Assembly: GCA_002633005.1 (NCBI GenBank)
Contig: NMRA01000298.1
Span: 109,887 to 173,886, forward strand
Source: Phoronis australis
Taxonomy: Eukaryota > Animalia > Phoronida
Length of the DNA stretch: 64,000 nucleotides
Direction: 5' to 3'
Positions within the stretch are counted from its first letter, which is position 1. Every line of letters begins with the position of its first letter. Of this stretch, positions 60,420-64,000 are shown one piece after another. Both the position numbers and the translations under genes were made by a program. The notes beneath the pieces were generated by a model, which was not told the origin of the DNA, searched no databases, and was given only the letters and a program-made list of their open reading frames with translations.

Positions 60420-61560
60420 GGTTCTTTATTTTTATCAATAATGGCCACTTGATGGTGCAAAAACATCGAATCCATCCGAAAACGCGATCATGCTATTGCC
60501 TTCTTTAAAGAAAGCAATTTCCAAATTTCAAAAAATCAGTCAAGGAACTTCAGAGAAACAAAAGAAAACGGAATAAAACGAAATTACCACTAGGGCGAAC
60601 AATGATCGTTGGATCCGGTTGAGAGTCGTCGCCGTCTGTTGTTTGCTTCATATACATGCAAATTAATACATTTACTAACTTTAATAAAGATCCTGTAGTG
60701 GGTTTAGGAGGTACAGTTTTGGGCGCAAAACAGAACAACACTACCGCTAGGAGGCGCCGCAATAGTCAAAGTCTTCATTTTCAACCGTCTTCTTCACACT
60801 GAGAACATATACGCCAATTTTTAAAACCATCCTTAGAATGGTTTGGCTGATAAAGGATTGGACGCTAAAAAGCAGACTCGAAAACAGCAAAATGACCACT
60901 ACGTGGCGCAAAATACCTTGACTCCATCCGAAAACGGGTGGATAGCGTCATCTCATCAATACATGCTTGTATTCAACATTTTATGAACATCTGTTGAGGA
61001 CCTTTGAAGATAGAGAGGTAAACGTAATAAAATTGCCAATAGGGGACACATCGGTTGTCAGATCTGTCCGACAGTCATCGTCGTCTGTTGTCAACATCAT
61101 ATAAATGCACTATTTAATGTTAGTAAAGATCCTGCAAACGGTTTATGATGTACAACCTTGGATGCAAAAAACAAACGAAACTGCAACTCACAGTAATCGA
61201 AGTCGTCGGGAAGTTATAGTAAACAGTTCTCTTCATAGTAAGAATATATTTGTCAATTTTCAGAGTCATCCTGAGAGCGGTTTCGTTGAAAGAGGGGTGG
61301 ACACCAAAACCAGACTCGAAACCAGTAAAAATGGCCACTAGGTAGCGCAAACTACGTCGAATCCATCCGAAAACGGGAGGACAGCGTCATCTCACTAATA
61401 CATGCATATGCCTACTGTATACGCAATTTTTTTTGAAAATACATTGAAGAACTTTGAAAATACAGAAGTAAAGGTAAACAACATAAAAAATGCTAGTAAG
61501 GGGCACACCACTAGTCGAAGCCTTCCACATATAAATATGTGGGCGCATAAAAATGGTGCC
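60420..61560. repeat. Diverged tandem repeat, period about 440-450 bp, 2-3 units
   Basis: atg(g/a)ccact...tccatccgaaaacg recurs near 60441, 60892 and 61331; tcgccgtctgttgt / tcgtcgtctgttgt near 60628 and 61078. Confidence 0.75.
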
Positions 61561-62456
61561 GCCCTCTCCTGATATCCTAGATAAATCACTGGATTACTTA
61601 TGATATCCCAAAGTGAAACTATCAACTACGTGACAGTCTGGACATGAGAAATCAACTATCTCTATTTCTGGAAACAAACAATTCGAGAGATTTCAGCTAG
61701 TGGTCTGGTGTCGTTTTTTTAACTTCATCTTGCAGCGGCTGTGGGCTGGTTAATTTAAGGCGGCATAGATGGAAACGTGTGGCAGCTTGCCTGAAATTTA
61801 TATTTTAGTTAACGTAATACTAACTTAAGCGTAGTATAATCAAGGATATGACGGGCCGTTCGAGGGAAAATGCTGCTGTAAATTTGCGTTTGTAATTACG
61901 ATTGTGTGCACCGTTAATCACGACGACGCAAAATTACTCTGGCAATTTATTCATAATGATGTTAAGTTACGAGCGTAACTTAATTCTTCGCGGCGTCGTA
62001 ATTGAAAGCGTAATTTTGCCATCACACTTTCCCCAATAACTTTCGAGCGTAATTTTTCGGTGACACTTTTGCCATTATGAGGCTCTCTTATGATGTTTTG
62101 AATTGGTATCAATCTTGCTTAATCGTATTAGCACCACAAAGTGTGTTGCAATTGACACGTGATTTTAATTCTTTTGCCCTCATGTTCTTTTTCGTCATAA
62201 CATTTGCACGTCATTAGGTTATGGGATGTCATTGGTGTATATGAACTGACAATCATCATACATGTACAATGCTGTAGAACGAGAACGTACAGATAAAACC
62301 ACCCGAGTGTTGCACTGACGTGCAACGCCATTACAGTCTTTTGTGATTTTAGGTAGCCGTCAAAACATTCAAAATGCAAAAATATATAGACGGCATTCTT
62401 CGCAAACCATTTTTGGAATTGTATTGATATTTGCTTTTCCGGTTTGATTAGCGCCT

Positions 62457-62500
62457 TCCTCACGCTTCCCTCACGCTTACCTCACGCTTTCCTCACGCCT
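62457..62500. repeat. 11-bp minisatellite (cctcacgcttN) x4
   Basis: Read directly. Confidence 0.85.
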
Positions 62501-64000
62501 TTGGTGCATTTAGCTGTGGTAACATACGGTACCATGATGGTGCACCGGACTAATAAAAATATCATTTAGACCTGCATGTACAGGGGACGTTGTTCGTGTA
62601 GCTGTCGAGTAATCCGTTGTTTCGGCATTTTATACAACTTAGTTACGACAAACTCCGCATTTTCTCGCATTCGTCATACAAACGAACTCCTTTAACTCGC
62701 GTGGCGTTACATTTATGTTGTCCAATTTACCACTGTGAATCCTGTCCCATCAACGACTTACCGTGGTTAGTAAAGATTTAGACCATTTTAATGGCCAAAG
62801 GTAAAGAATAACAAACGCAACCCTCTACACTCTTTCACAGCTTAAACGGCTGCAGTCTTGACGAAACCCATTACTGCTGGATATTTATTTCGCCCTAAAA
62901 ATAGCCTACCCATGTTGCTTGCGCACTCATGTAATCGGTCTCCGTGGATTCTTGCACCGAACTCAATGGAACAGAAAATTTCAGTTAGGTTGCGTGACGA
63001 CACGTAGCATCACGATGTCCTTCTGCGAGTGCATAATAAGTCCCAACCCCTAGTGCGGGTTTACATGTATTTGTAGCCCCATCCCAGTATTTCGTGCTCA
63101 TGTAGTCTACCTGTCTGACTCGTCAAATGGTCGTGTTCACTTTTACCGCATGGCGGAATTCGGTATAAATGCGCGTAGAATTCACGTGCTATGCTGTGGT
63201 TTATCGTGAAGACAATTGAATACTTCCTTTACACACGTGTGTCAACATTGATGTACCTTTATTTGAAAAGCAAATACATACAAGTGAGAAGTTGAGTACG
63301 GCGTTGTTTCATAAAGTGACATAAGATTTGAGAAAGGTATTTGGCTTTTCGACCCACTTAAGGATTTCGGAAAAATAGTCGAAACTCACCTGAGCAAAAT
63401 TCTATGAGAAAATACTTGTCACTCTTAGTTGCTGAGAAAGTTTTTGTAAATTAGTTTTCGACTGTGATGCGCTCATAATAAGTTGACTAAAATTGTATAC
63501 ATCAATAGTGAAATGGGAGCGTAAAACCGTCAAGTGTGTCCTTTATGAAACGTACCCAGGAACCGCGTGCATGTGTCAACAGAAAAAAAATTGTAGAGTA
63601 GGACTATTGTGGAATGCCACACAACTGGTTGCATGTCACTGACTTCTGCCTTTCGTTGTATACATTGACAAGTGATTACTTAAACATGTTGGTGTTGCTG
63701 CTTGAATAGCCAATATACTGTAACTGGAAACTTGGTCAAGCTGTCCCATCACACGTTCAGTTGTTAATTACGCTGTATTCTATGTTACTGAAGGTTACCT
63801 GATTGGAAAGTGAAATCTAATGAAACCGTCACTGTTATTGAAAAAACACACATCTTTAGTTTATATGATTCTATTCTGTAGACAAATTACTAGTGGTAAA
63901 TCCCCGGGGGGGGGGGGTGAATTACAGTTCAAAAAAGCTAGTTGAAAAGCTGGCTAATAGAAAAGTTCGCGTACAATTTTCATCGTGGTTTATCCAATAA

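Overview
This is AT-rich, intron-rich, transposon-littered eukaryotic DNA, most likely from a marine invertebrate (taxon not determinable from the sequence). Most entries in the supplied ORF track are spurious. Reading GT/AG-bounded exons on the minus strand reveals a tandemly duplicated, probably secreted modular gene family built from CTHRC1 C-terminal-like domains, with no Gly-X-Y collagen repeat found. Copy A (about 40014->5622) reads: signal peptide + PAN/Apple-like exon, CTHRC1-like domain 1 (3 exons), a fibronectin type II exon, CTHRC1-like domain 2 (first exon not found, middle exon frameshifted), and CTHRC1-like domain 3 (3 exons, stop). The link between the PAN exon and domain 1 is inferred, not shown. 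Copy B (54894->50573) contains the last four exons, all intact, and probably continues beyond the window. A third copy (C) is an orphan terminal exon at 42833-42978. A frameshifted duplicate of the PAN exon lies at 34627-35021. Comparing the paralogous introns exposes filled and empty insertion sites for several non-autonomous DNA transposons. The window also holds THAP/DDE_Tnp_4 and Academ-like transposase remnants, a LINE 3' end, a tRNA-like SINE head, foldback repeats and tandem repeats. All domain calls are by-eye motif recognition, not database searches.
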